Positions 11,901-19,827 of a DNA stretch of 64,000 bases are shown one piece after another. The stretch lies in contig LSRY02000017.1 of the NCBI GenBank assembly GCA_001643675.2, forward strand, positions 682,001-746,000, given 5' to 3'. This DNA is from Monocercomonoides exilis PA203 (taxonomy: Eukaryota > Protista > Preaxostyla). Position numbers and translations under genes: made by a program. The notes beneath the pieces were generated by a model, which had not been told where the DNA came from, did not search any database, and was given only the letters and a program-made list of their open reading frames with translations. The first letter of the stretch is position 1, and each line of letters begins with the position of its first letter.

Positions 11901-11924
11901 CACAATAAAAACAGAAAGAAACAT
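2940..11924 (-). CDS. Giant type-I membrane receptor-like protein: signal peptide, repeated beta-helix-like ectodomain modules, TM, degenerate protein-kinase C-lobe
   Basis: 2994-aa intronless ORF with a hydrophobic N-terminus. GGA(I/L)Y, GGG(I/L) and CG-x5/6-C-x-(T/S) motifs recur. TM segment WAFIIAIIFVILFLIVLVVSVVLAV followed by RWRK. C-terminal RWKAPE..VFSIGMMLWECLTLDIPF..RP kinase subdomains VIII-XI. Confidence 0.88.
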   Translation of the reverse strand: MFLSVFIVCLSSVICGKDGNDRLRNEYDAFHVRRMEKSGILERRSVVQMFCEIHNSSVELKGMLLEKPDNCVMIEIRAGSLLKVEGSVFVRNNELNGHYVRNGGTCWLTNTTLGVGNGHECGMMWGIVKMDGGDLPKLFVRNSEFEDVVFCGSGSFLRDGSGSFEGIQNCAFANITRKFSETDTIQTGKERMMKMSSMEDCDVERSVNVLEGGIVSGTEGSDSFSCNNCTLVQNERVDQKVRNANRVETSKTQKFTNAEWIECSAICGGALYVHDNSSATLIVENSSFVKCNATSTRGGGIYALNIAECTVKHSTFVECYCVSSTDYGGAGAEIEGMTVQVFVENCLFKDGWSRNDGGGLDILRSKTTKMKDCILNCFFQNCSGHNASSTGGGCFNNWNTIDKVVLRNCFFQGCYSDLYGGAVCIKTNGYNGNLLWFCFFHGNTAPYGNDIFILDNNTDSQAIFCYSTGSNGNRYYADGDKSEWLPNEGGRNRFVASTQNQTNAKDTFSCGLNESYACSTISHCLSQMIVGFVEEIKVLSGTVVEGKGIDVGEKTISVNAVSFPGTAIETIFESNGLSLFCVGTGKLAVSDLSVIHNSSFENNRQCRLFEVQGSGLMDVKRMNISMDAAHSEERSIQNSLVKLEGGELKMFDVRWGRTFSTTSVISFSQGSTALLSLDNCMFSNIVRTTAGSSLMSMCEGPHSITFEGCTVDGCGSEDCDFGGGMMVEVGSGGSLNVKGGIAKNCHASTTQGRGGGIGLKVRDISTDFLISSAFEGNRAKWGSDIFVDSIDLESTARSGKIFSLTVSNSTINKIRGFDNGYDSIPIPLCVYLIPMSDEIYVSNADSFDHSHCGLAEFPCLTLKHCLTRQISEKKIVVDGMIELKNELTFGSFQHTIRGKDGNSGWNISDDLDGTGDSMITVSANANMGSLIFSIPSVLPNHEAFFSSSSQLFTVNSCSLSFQDSQSALSYVFLSVSAGDVSVTSFVVLSLIIGNCPLINLDGRNAAGTFTSMSVEDMSSTANSVLFGVTNGASFSIRDSTLSVKSSTGSIRVISTNSSKMLKLTNSSMSGFRGNGENGGAAICTIGRECSLEIVGGMMSGCESNGGNGGGLWVELEEGSTFTVGNMTNSDQANQVTSNDESNFFRLTNCKAIQSTDGTYGYGGGIYLHLDDGARSFILKDVSFSECDAREGKEIFINAHELTSVIDRRTIGFEVDLNNFTKLNGFERSTLNEIFAIPLVMYLWNNFSAPAYVGGASSHDFSMCGFVSFPCTTITKASCIHFEGKKKDVTILDPFVFEEELNLTENEWGIVSKENKTKCDIYDQKDGPQSGLIESSVSVSVTGVIFSSKKSLTFHESVFECLSGKLTLNGCGMEGGTEPISTVFVKAVGGVVEVVELATMNMKKGDLSVFVVEGNAESVPSMNMTNSDFGEITFGDGCVVKCHNGNIEEISGCTFSSITRSKGSGGCVSITNNEDDNDERDFKVEIDDCTFEGCAISGEEGTEIGGGALFYEASSKTNLLISLCKFYCCTAPYEEGSVGYGGGIMLKILKEEEAAFVISSPVFSSYKPNNAKNGKDLFILSPSLASSVKNETLPFVKDMLESLIEDSMKGYDGENKECSIPLINFWKEIGSIVHIAREGNNVVVCGFPNLPCESVDYGLNRGSNSFLELMTIQGVCDARSEMNVSGMRLEGTNMESDKIQFAQTLEGDEDAAVECKGVVLFNEVGILIPSHFDNEANILIHTGTDAIKTSVVSCSIHSLDDAEGELSFVLISASNGIVEIEKTKISDLVSRHEIICISPDCVVSIFETTFVDIALNGKSAIAMRKIVISGVGNENSEEIWNIQYEQCTFANVKHSVVNYPSLLCCDMPNEVRLKMENSSINDCGSTNSNEGGGVFFLLNERGRLEVNYTHVTDCFCSNNGRGGGLFLKTLSVAKKSLPFVLSNITFKENVASKGRDVFVKCTDLDSQISESQFLINFGDPFVRDLAIWGCTSDDYGDEEDLLGMVYVFRSEFIFVSSIVWNNSNSKNCGEMKGACSSLDIGVSHVIPSDYSQLYIWNETTLAGSCSAQRVTIKSMESNRNAEIKVNEIDFADEGAVTTSESVRLEKVSFVFDEMENIVCSCLIHQLNGSLILESVSFLSESRSLENSQTLFDFSLLIVENGLLEAEKCSVWHLGFSKPVFQIFNLERATFEDLTICKVRSTSSVIECGKSEKVIISKFIATNITLPNDSLISFEGSLPTLFVSLSQSSISNISRSTSGSCIVCTTQHMTNFEMCNCSFHECSSKSSKGSQVAIALTENVLMDSCKFEGNLIDNIEEMNDIADEICQWNGSIVDFLNSSVMMKDTTISNSPEGGITMSGGALTVNDGKFENNNPFIEGYPSLRRNIICSDSGTLNVLSLKGGDGLERNTSLWMLNDGCSFEGIASERDSSFFIPKLESVEGKEETGRMKLTFKGMILIPCNLSFSVVKRNGEEKEIETHDFDANGFLSEREAEVSVGKDFISSCGDEIEVSVYILFGNAESPSSTNPFILKNASETKGNGNERIVEGGKEQKSWAFIIAIIFVILFLIVLVVSVVLAVRWRKQKRRTEELEIIVEDTVRKDPKLIEMTTMEMSPEEQWRRAEREAERKNEERIKNRVYAKSLEHSESSEHLLSECDSTEYILGRDSDKIPEWALEKVEEEDTRKRTPSPSISSTSTTDTSDTDSTFVRSESLCPTTSSMSNLVDAMACSSPHEKLIVDLRDSLFMLLHGRNAKKEMAIGTLEEREQTAAQILFWVANLALHSFDEMENPLSSLANLSPLIVLFSEHMVICVAMHSDCSSDSDSSSISSASTIITSSSDCSTVNKNNRNLPPSSAFEDEENDRKECMRWKAPELMNGTKKQATKKTVVFSIGMMLWECLTLDIPFGEYEAEAAGQKIVNGERPNISSIGTTYLQLLKSSLATQANTRPTLVEIKRNFFSQAPAGAAQLTMSDAIDLQYYIDSKECNYETNCSLEVSF

Positions 11925-14734
11925 TGTTTCAATGATGATTATGGGTTCATGATCCCATATTTTTGATGATATCCCATTTACTTACCAAACATCAAAAAAC
12001 ATTATTTCCTGCACCATTTCCATTTTCTAAATCCAATTCTCCGCTTTTATTTCCATTTTTCTGAATCATTCGATTTTAATATTAATTCCAAGAAACTGCC
12101 ATCTTCAATTGATTTCCTTCTTTTTTCTTTTAAATTTTTGAATCTCATCTTTCCTCGTATAATCCGTTTGAATGAAATGTTTCAAATTCTTATCTCCTTT
12201 TTCGAAAAATTGTTGGTTTTATCTGATATTTCCATGTTTCTTTGCTTGATTTCAAAGACTCCTGAAAATACAAATAAAGATATAAAAATATCAAAAAAGA
12301 TGAAAATGAAAATTTCCACACCAAGAAATAATTCTGAATGCTCCAAAGCTGCACATTATTGCTTTTGCCTCATTCAGTAAAATTTACATCAACTCTTCAT
12401 CGCGTCTCCAAACCTATATTTTTTTGCAATTTTTTCAATGAAAATTCCTTTTTTCCATTTTTGTAGAAAGAGAAATTGATTTTTAATTTATTATCCTCTG
12501 TTTTTTCTCTTTTCTGATTTTTCTTCAATTGTTCCTTCGAATGATCCTCGTTTCGCACTCTTCTATTTCATATCTACTGTTTTTCAGAATTTCTTCTTCT
12601 TTGAGGCATTCAATGTTTTCAATCAGAATTTTCATTTTCTTTGTTTTTCTTTTGTCTAGTTTGTTTTTGAATCAATCAAACTTCAGTCATTCTTGACAAG
12701 TATTCCAATGAAATTTTGTCTTTTCAGATATTTTCCTGTTCCTTCAAAAATGCCTCAATTCAGCCTTTTCTTGTCTTCATTTGGAATTGACAATTGTTTT
12801 TTGATGAATAAGAGAAGATTTGTGGATTGCTCGCTCATGGAAACTGTTCTTACCAAAGTAATGTTTTCCATATTTCCATTTCCCATATTGCATCGTAATA
12901 TTATTCACAGCTTTGAATAATCGGATAAGGATGTGAAAGTATCTGTGATTAATAATCTAAATAATCCATTTTTCTGATGATTGAATAAAACGTTCCTAAA
13001 ATGCGCATATAATAAATTGTTTTGATAAAAGAAAACCTCAAACCTCAAATTCGTTTTCTTTGGTATTTCCGTTGTTGAAGCTGCGGATCCAGATTTCTCT
13101 TCAGATTCGAGTCTGGCATAACAATCATTTCTTTAGCATTTTCGGGCCAAATGCAGCATTTCTGAGGCAAACAAAATTGACAAAAAAGAACAAAAAATAA
13201 AAACAAACAGTTATTCTAAATATGAATATTTCTCTCTTGTATCTCTTGGAATGACCTAGATTGTATAAATATTTTCAAATTGTGCCTTTAAGTCATTTAT
13301 ATCATAGTATTTTGGAATAAAAGTGGATATTCTGTAACGATACAAATTATTTAGCAGGGCAAAATATGTGCAACAATATTTATGCTTCATCTGCCGAAAA
13401 ATGAGTTGTTTTCTGTTGATGTCAAAAACTAGAACAAACTTTTAAATCGCAATTCAGACATGTGAAAATGAAAGATAAATCATTTTTTGTGTTTGTTTCA
13501 TCATAAAATATGCTCCAGAAAATCCCTTGAACTCCGAAAAATGGAAAAGAAATAATTGTGGAAAAATATTGTTATGGGGCTGAAAAAGTTGATATAAAAT
13601 TGCAAACATCAACGAAATTTTTATTTTTTATTAATCATATCAAATTTTTGTTTATTTATGCTTTGAAATTCATAGCTTATGTTTATGATTGAACTCGGTC
13701 TTTTTTTTCCAAACAAAAAATTTCCTATTTTCTTTGCTTTGTGTTTTGTAATCTGTGCAATTGTTTTTGAAATTATATATATATATATATTATGTATGTA
13801 CAGTTTTCTAATTGGGCGATTATTTTTGAAAACATATTTCTTCCATCAAAATTTTCGGTTCGAAAATTTCCCTCGAATGTTAAAAAAAGAACACTGAAAA
13901 ATGAAAGGACCAATAAAAGATATCAGCCTCTTTATCAGTGTTTAAAAATATTGCTATCAAACCAGTTGTGATGAATTTTGCATTTGAACACAAAATCTCT
14001 TCCCAAATTCAAACAATATTTAAAAAATAAGAACCCCGAAAAATGTTATGATTTCAAAAATAATCACCCAATTCGCAGTTATTTGCAAAAGAATTTTCAA
14101 AAAGTGTCTCATGTTTTCATATTTTTGTCTTTCAAATGTTTATTGCAAAAAAATTCAGAAATAAACATTGAAGATTTTAATATTAACATTTGATTGATGA
14201 CAAAGTATTCGCCACAAATTGTTAATTCGAATTTTTTTGATTTCAAAAATTTTTTGAAATCAAAAGAATCACATTTTTTTTTCTTTAAGTTCAGTTGTTT
14301 CAAATTGTTCCTAATGATCATCCACCGTTTTATGCTAATTTCAGATATTAACAATGGATGAGGACATGTCAGAATAACAATTTAAAAGATTTCTTCTTTA
14401 CGAAATATCCGACAGATTAACATAATCTCCATCCTTTATACGAACCTCCTCTTCGATTTCGAGGAATGAGAACTTGTCTCCGTAATTATACAACAAACAG
14501 TTGATTGGAAATATGTTTCTTTTTCAATTTAATTATCAATAATGTTGAAGTGATCATTTCTGATAATTTTCCGACAATCTTTCTTGAAAACAAAAAACAT
14601 AACATTTATTTGCAAAAAAAATACAAATTTGAAAGAAGGAACTTCTTCACCTGCAAATTATTCCTCGATAATCATTCACGAGTACAATAATACGGATATT
14701 CACTGTTTTTGTTAATTGTGAATTCTTTTTAAAT

Positions 14735-14740
<6 letters not shown>

Positions 14741-14787
<47 letters not shown>

Positions 14788-14810
14788 AAGAAAGAAAGAA
14801 AGAAAGAAAA
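14741..14810. repeat. poly(A)45 followed by (GAAA)n microsatellite
   Basis: Directly visible. Confidence 0.9.
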
Positions 14811-14989
14811 CTAATATTTGATGAATATTTTGTTTATTTAATCATATTCTTTTCAAAATGCTTTATTATATACCAATGATAAAAACTCTTAAACATATCT
14901 ATTGTTCACCAAGTATTGTTTTTTGCGGAAGTCCAAAATAAACTTGCATTTTATTGATGTTCATTATTTCACACTCATCTCCTTTTGTT

Positions 14990-16282
14990 AGTCTTGTTTG
15001 TCAACACATGACGGTGGCAATGACTTGTAGTCCAATTTGACAATTTCAATCACTTTTTCGAAGCTTTCTTCGAAGATCCGCACTGTTGAAGGAGTATTGT
15101 GAAAAACATTCACAAGTCCACTTTCTTTATAAGCAAAAAAAAAAAAAAAAGGAGAAGAAGAAACTTGCAATATTGCGTTCATTCCAACCCAAAAAAGTTG
15201 TTCCACTCTGTCGTGTGTTGAACCCGACCTAACCTGTTGAATTTGAATCATCCAGAGAGAGAAAATTGTCAAAAATAAATGACTGCGGCAAATGTGTTGT
15301 ATTCGGAGGAAAAACCAAAAGCATTATATTTTAATTAGCAAGTCGAGTCAATACATTTTCCGACAGGTGGATTCTGCAACCATCAAGCTTTTACACAGCC
15401 TGTTCATTATTCTCCGGTATAATCATTTTTTTAATGTTGACATGAGGAATGAAATTTTCATTAAATCCAGATTTCAAACAACTCCTTTGTGAAATAAGAC
15501 GAATTTCCGATTTCTACACAACCATGAATTCCTATTTGATAGACAAGAGACCGAAGGGATCTTGTGTTGAACGGTTTTTGCACAAGAAAACAAGGAGGGA
15601 CAAAAGTTCCATCAAGTGAAATGCAGTGGAGAAATGATATCCTTTTTTCTCCTCTGTCAACAGGCGTGTGATCCATTTCACGATTTTCATTTATTCCTTC
15701 GATCAGAATCATCTTTCTTGTATCTTTATGGGCATGATGAACTGATTCATCAGCACAAATGATCATGGATGAATGTTTTCCATTCACATATTGAATTATA
15801 TGATTTTTCCAGGTGATAATGCTTTGTTGTAATATATTTGTTCTTTTTTCTTCTCTCAGGCTGGAAAAGACGACCATCAATTCCTCGCTATGCCTTTTTT
15901 TGAATGAATAATGAAATTTGTGAGAAGGCGTTTAATGACAAACTTTCGCAACAACGGCTCTAAGCGTTTTCGGAGTGATTTGCTTTCTTTTTTCTCACAA
16001 AAATTTTAGTATTTCCATGACTCGTTTTTCTTGCTTTTGAGTCATCAACATGTTCTTATTCTCAATAACCTTTAACCTTATATATCCTGTTCGAATCTGG
16101 CAGACAAGGCTCGGTGTGCAGTTGAGTCCATTTGCAATTCGCACATTCGAAGGATTTTCACTTTTCTCATTTTTCAAGCGTCGAAAAAGGAACGAATCAA
16201 TGAAACTTTTGTTTTCGAAGTATTTTGAGATAAGAAGAATGAAATGAAGTGGAGGTCTAATTTTGGAATAAATCCTGTTCAT
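14990..16282 (-). pseudogene. Decayed DDE_1/pogo-like transposase remnant
   Basis: Minus-strand fragments CADES, RISFLHCISLDG..VPP, then across a frameshift and stops KLDGCRIH and LVFPPNTTHLPQ, and AYKESGL. These match the DDE_1 motif order. Confidence 0.75.
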
Positions 16283-16530
16283 ACTGTTTCAAATGAAGGG
16301 AGACATGAAGTTGATAATAATAAAGGCATTTCCAATAAACAGATAGACAAATTGTTTGAACTGAAACAACCATAACAATTTTGGAATATCTGTTTCCAAC
16401 ATTTTCCAATTTGCGTGAATGGTGAGTGACTGCGATCAAAAGAAAAACTTATGAAACCGATAAATCTTTTTCACTCAAGTTCATTCACCAGAACGCAATA
16501 TATACACATTTATAGTGATCCATATTTATT

Positions 16531-16799
16531 TGGGACAAAATATTTGACTTCAGGCATTTTCATTGAAAAATTATGCATCTTCAATTAACTTTTTGAGATA
16601 AAAAAATTAGAAATAAATGGGTTCATTTTTTGAAACACATGTGAGGTCACAAAATATTTTGTTATTTCATCAATGATGTTTGTTTACAGATATGAAAATC
16701 AAATTTGTTTGAAATCTGGAAAAGCTTAATAATGCTAGAAGTGAAACAATTTTTTCATGCCTTGTGCATGAAAAGCTTGAAAGTCCGTTTATTCCCCCA
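16531..16799. mobile_element. 269-bp MITE-like element (copy 1)
   Basis: Colinear, same-length, diverged match to 48776-49044. Ends are tgggacaaaatatt...tattccccca. Confidence 0.75.
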
Positions 16800-17070
16800 T
16801 TAGAAAAAAAATAAAAAATGGGCAATCAAAACGAATAATTAAAAAATATTCGATATTAATAAATTTCACACATTAATCCATATGAACGATGATCAAATAT
16901 ATGATAAGCTTCAATTTGTTGCAGTTTGGAGCTTCCAGATATCCGAACAATTCGTTCCTGGAATGAAAAAATTCTTTTGAAAATTTTAACAGATATGATT
17001 TATTAAGGGTCTGATGGTTGGATAAGGCGACAGCAATTTGTAACAAATAAAGATGATGATTGTTTTTGTG

Positions 17071-17075
<5 letters not shown>

Positions 17076-17107
<32 letters not shown>
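17076..17107. repeat. poly(T)32 tract
   Basis: Directly visible. Confidence 0.9.
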
Positions 17108-17371
17108 CACACATCAATTTTGAGGTCACATTCAATTATTTTGCAAAATATTAAGGAACACACTATATATATTCACTTTGTGAGTGTTTGTGAATTACTG
17201 AAGTTTTTGTTAGATTTGATTATTTTCAGATGGGTGCAAAATTTTAAAGACACTATTTTTTTCAAGAACAAATTTCAATGAAACTTTGGAAAAGATCTTT
17301 AGAGATTTAAAGAGAGAACAACAAATGACAAAAAATTTTTAAAAAAGTTCCTTATGCTCAATTTTCAAATA

Positions 17372-17525
17372 TAATATTAATTTCATATTTCTATCAAACT
17401 TTCGTTTCCACTTACGAAATTTTGCTGTTATGAAAATAAAATCTGGACAATGTTATGATTTCCATTTTTTAGAAATTTCATGATTGGGAACAGAAATTTG
17501 ATCGAAATATGAAGATTTTATTTTA
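17372..17525. repeat. Dispersed AT-rich repeat, similar to about 48638-48775 plus 49045-49060 (empty site of the MITE)
   Basis: Shared blocks atttca.at.t..atcaaa.ttt, tatgaaa and tga.tgggaacagaaatt.ga...ata|tga. Confidence 0.55.
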
Positions 17526-18006
17526 TTTGAAAATTAAACAAAAGGAACTTTTCAAAAAAATTTAGAAAAATCAATTTTTTTAAATAAACGACACGAAAAA
17601 ATAAAATTTTTCAAAAATAATCACACGTGTGGAAATAGTTGTTAACAAAGCAGAATTTCATTCATTTTTTAAATAAAAATTTATTCCATACTCTGAAAAA
17701 TTCTCTTCGGGATACGTATCATTGAAAGAAATATTTGATCAAATGTAATGTCAAAATAATTTTCGAAATACCAGGGAAAAAATGATCAAGAATCAATGTA
17801 CGTAAAATTATAAATAATTTTTAAAAGTTTGTAAAAAATAAAAGGTCGAGCAAACAAAGCAAACATAGAAAAAAAAAGCATTATGAAATGAAATATTGTA
17901 TCAACAAAATTTTCCAACACGTTGATTTAACATTAAAGTATTTTTTTTATGACCAATTGTAAGCTATTTGATTATTTTCTTGGTTTTTTTTATCAAAATC
18001 ACTTTT

Positions 18007-19776
18007 TCATTCACAATTATCTTTCCCTTTATCTTTTTTGCATTCGTCTTGTTTGCCATCGTGCTTAACTTGCTCATTGCCTTCGTCATCATCATCAAAT
18101 CCCCAATTGGCTTCTGCTGCCATCACAAGTTCTCCAATATCAAATGTAACATCACCAGACTCATCTTGTTCGGGATCTGTTTTAATGAAGCAAAAAACAA
18201 AAAAGTAATGAAATAACAATTAAAATATTGGGAAAAAAAAACTTATTCAGATAAAACAAAAACAAAGAAATTTTCTTTATCACAACAATTTTCTCCACAA
18301 AACTGCATACTTACAAAGAGAGTGTGATTTGGAGGCACAAAGCGATGATTCCATCTGGTTTCGAAAGCTGATTTCTTTCCACCAGTTTTTGCCATTTTCA
18401 TGTCTTTTTCCATTGCAGAAACCCAGAACGGATCATTGTCCCAACCGCAATCCTTTACCAGTGCATTGCACACAGCATCACAATCACCGATTAGCTCAAT
18501 GTCGAAGTGTTCTGTAGTTTGATTCCCAAACATGTCCGTCACACCACCACTGGCAATGACATCTCTGTCGTTCTCTTCCATCTCTTCTCGATTGATCCAG
18601 ATCTGCGGCACTTCAGGTGGGATGTCGTAGATCATCGAGCGAAGAGGCTCCACGCTCAGAGAAGAACCTATTGCCAGAACAAGATCGCAGTGTTCAGTGT
18701 CATTATCAATGTAATCGTTGATGACGGTTGGAAGACGCTCACCGAAGAAAACAGCATTTGGCTTAAAGACAGGCAGAAGCTCTTCAGTCGAAGAAGATGT
18801 CGAAGAAGATGTCGAAGAAGATGTCGAAGAAGATGAGCCAATTGGAGAAGTTGAATTGGATTGAGATGAAGAAGAGAGTTCCGATGTTGCTTTTTCTTTC
18901 TCCTTTAAGTCTTCATTTTCTGTTTTTGAACATTTACAACGAGGACAATAAGCTATTTCCTGATTAAAAAGAAATATAAAACGATTCATATTACACATTT
19001 TAAACATTTGCTTTGAAAATTCAAACAAACTCCTCGCCTAAAATACTCTTCAATATTCTCGATTGGTACAATGTAGCCACATTTCAAACAAGAAGCAGTT
19101 CCTAGACTTCCGTTGCAATGCAAAATATTTGTGACTCCCGCTTTTGAATCAAGACTATCAATGTTTTGTGTGTAGTCCCTCAGAAGAATTCCTTTCTTAT
19201 CGAGAAGTGCAAGAAAATAGTGCGTAAGACTCGGCTCAAAATTTGATGGAAGCATAGCACCTGCATGCTTATAGAACAATGAAGGATCTTTTTTAAAGTG
19301 ATTAATATGGAAAATGGTTTCAGGAGAAGGAATTCCTCGTCTTTTTAATTCCTGATAAAACTCTAACCGAAAGACCTCCAAATTGACAAAAAAGAAAATT
19401 GCAAAAAATATGCAAACTTGATCCCTCATGTAAATCTGGAATTCCACACGATATAGAGATTCCTGCTCCAGTTAAAACAAGAATTCGCTTGCTTCTTTTC
19501 AAAAGTTCAATTGCCTAAAATGTGCAACAAATCTCTAAAATACATCAAAGAAACAGAAATGCACACATGCTCAAATGTTCGGTATTGCAACAATCGCTTA
19601 CGCTTTGTTGGACGTGACCATTCATGAAGCTTCTGAAATAAAAAAGAAAAATCAGTTTCTGGATGACTTTGGACAAGTTGCTCAAGCTTTAACGCATTAA
19701 AAAAAGAATTTGCTCTTTCTTGAACGGGTTTTGTTTCATCATCTTTCCATTCTTTTTCCTGCTTCGAGGGTTCCAT
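18007..19776 (-). CDS. SIR2: Sirtuin (class I, SIR2/SIRT1-like), 5 exons, with altered catalytic residues
   Basis: Spliced translation gives ILVLTGAGISISCGIPD, HFKKDPSLFY, YTQNIDSLD, CLKC..CPRC zinc ribbon, KPNAVFFGE, GSSLSVEP, PQIWINRE and LIGDCD. Four GT-AG introns restore the frame. Internal 12-bp tandem repeat (SSST) at about 18788-18835. Confidence 0.9.
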
Positions 19777-19827
19777 GAGCAAAATAATTAGATATTCTAC
19801 CCTTAATAATTTATATATTTATTTGTT

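Noticed and set aside
14741-17107. poly(A) and poly(T) tracts as retroposon tails or as paired element ends
   Set aside because: No target-site duplication or reverse-transcriptase remnant is visible; they are treated as simple repeats.
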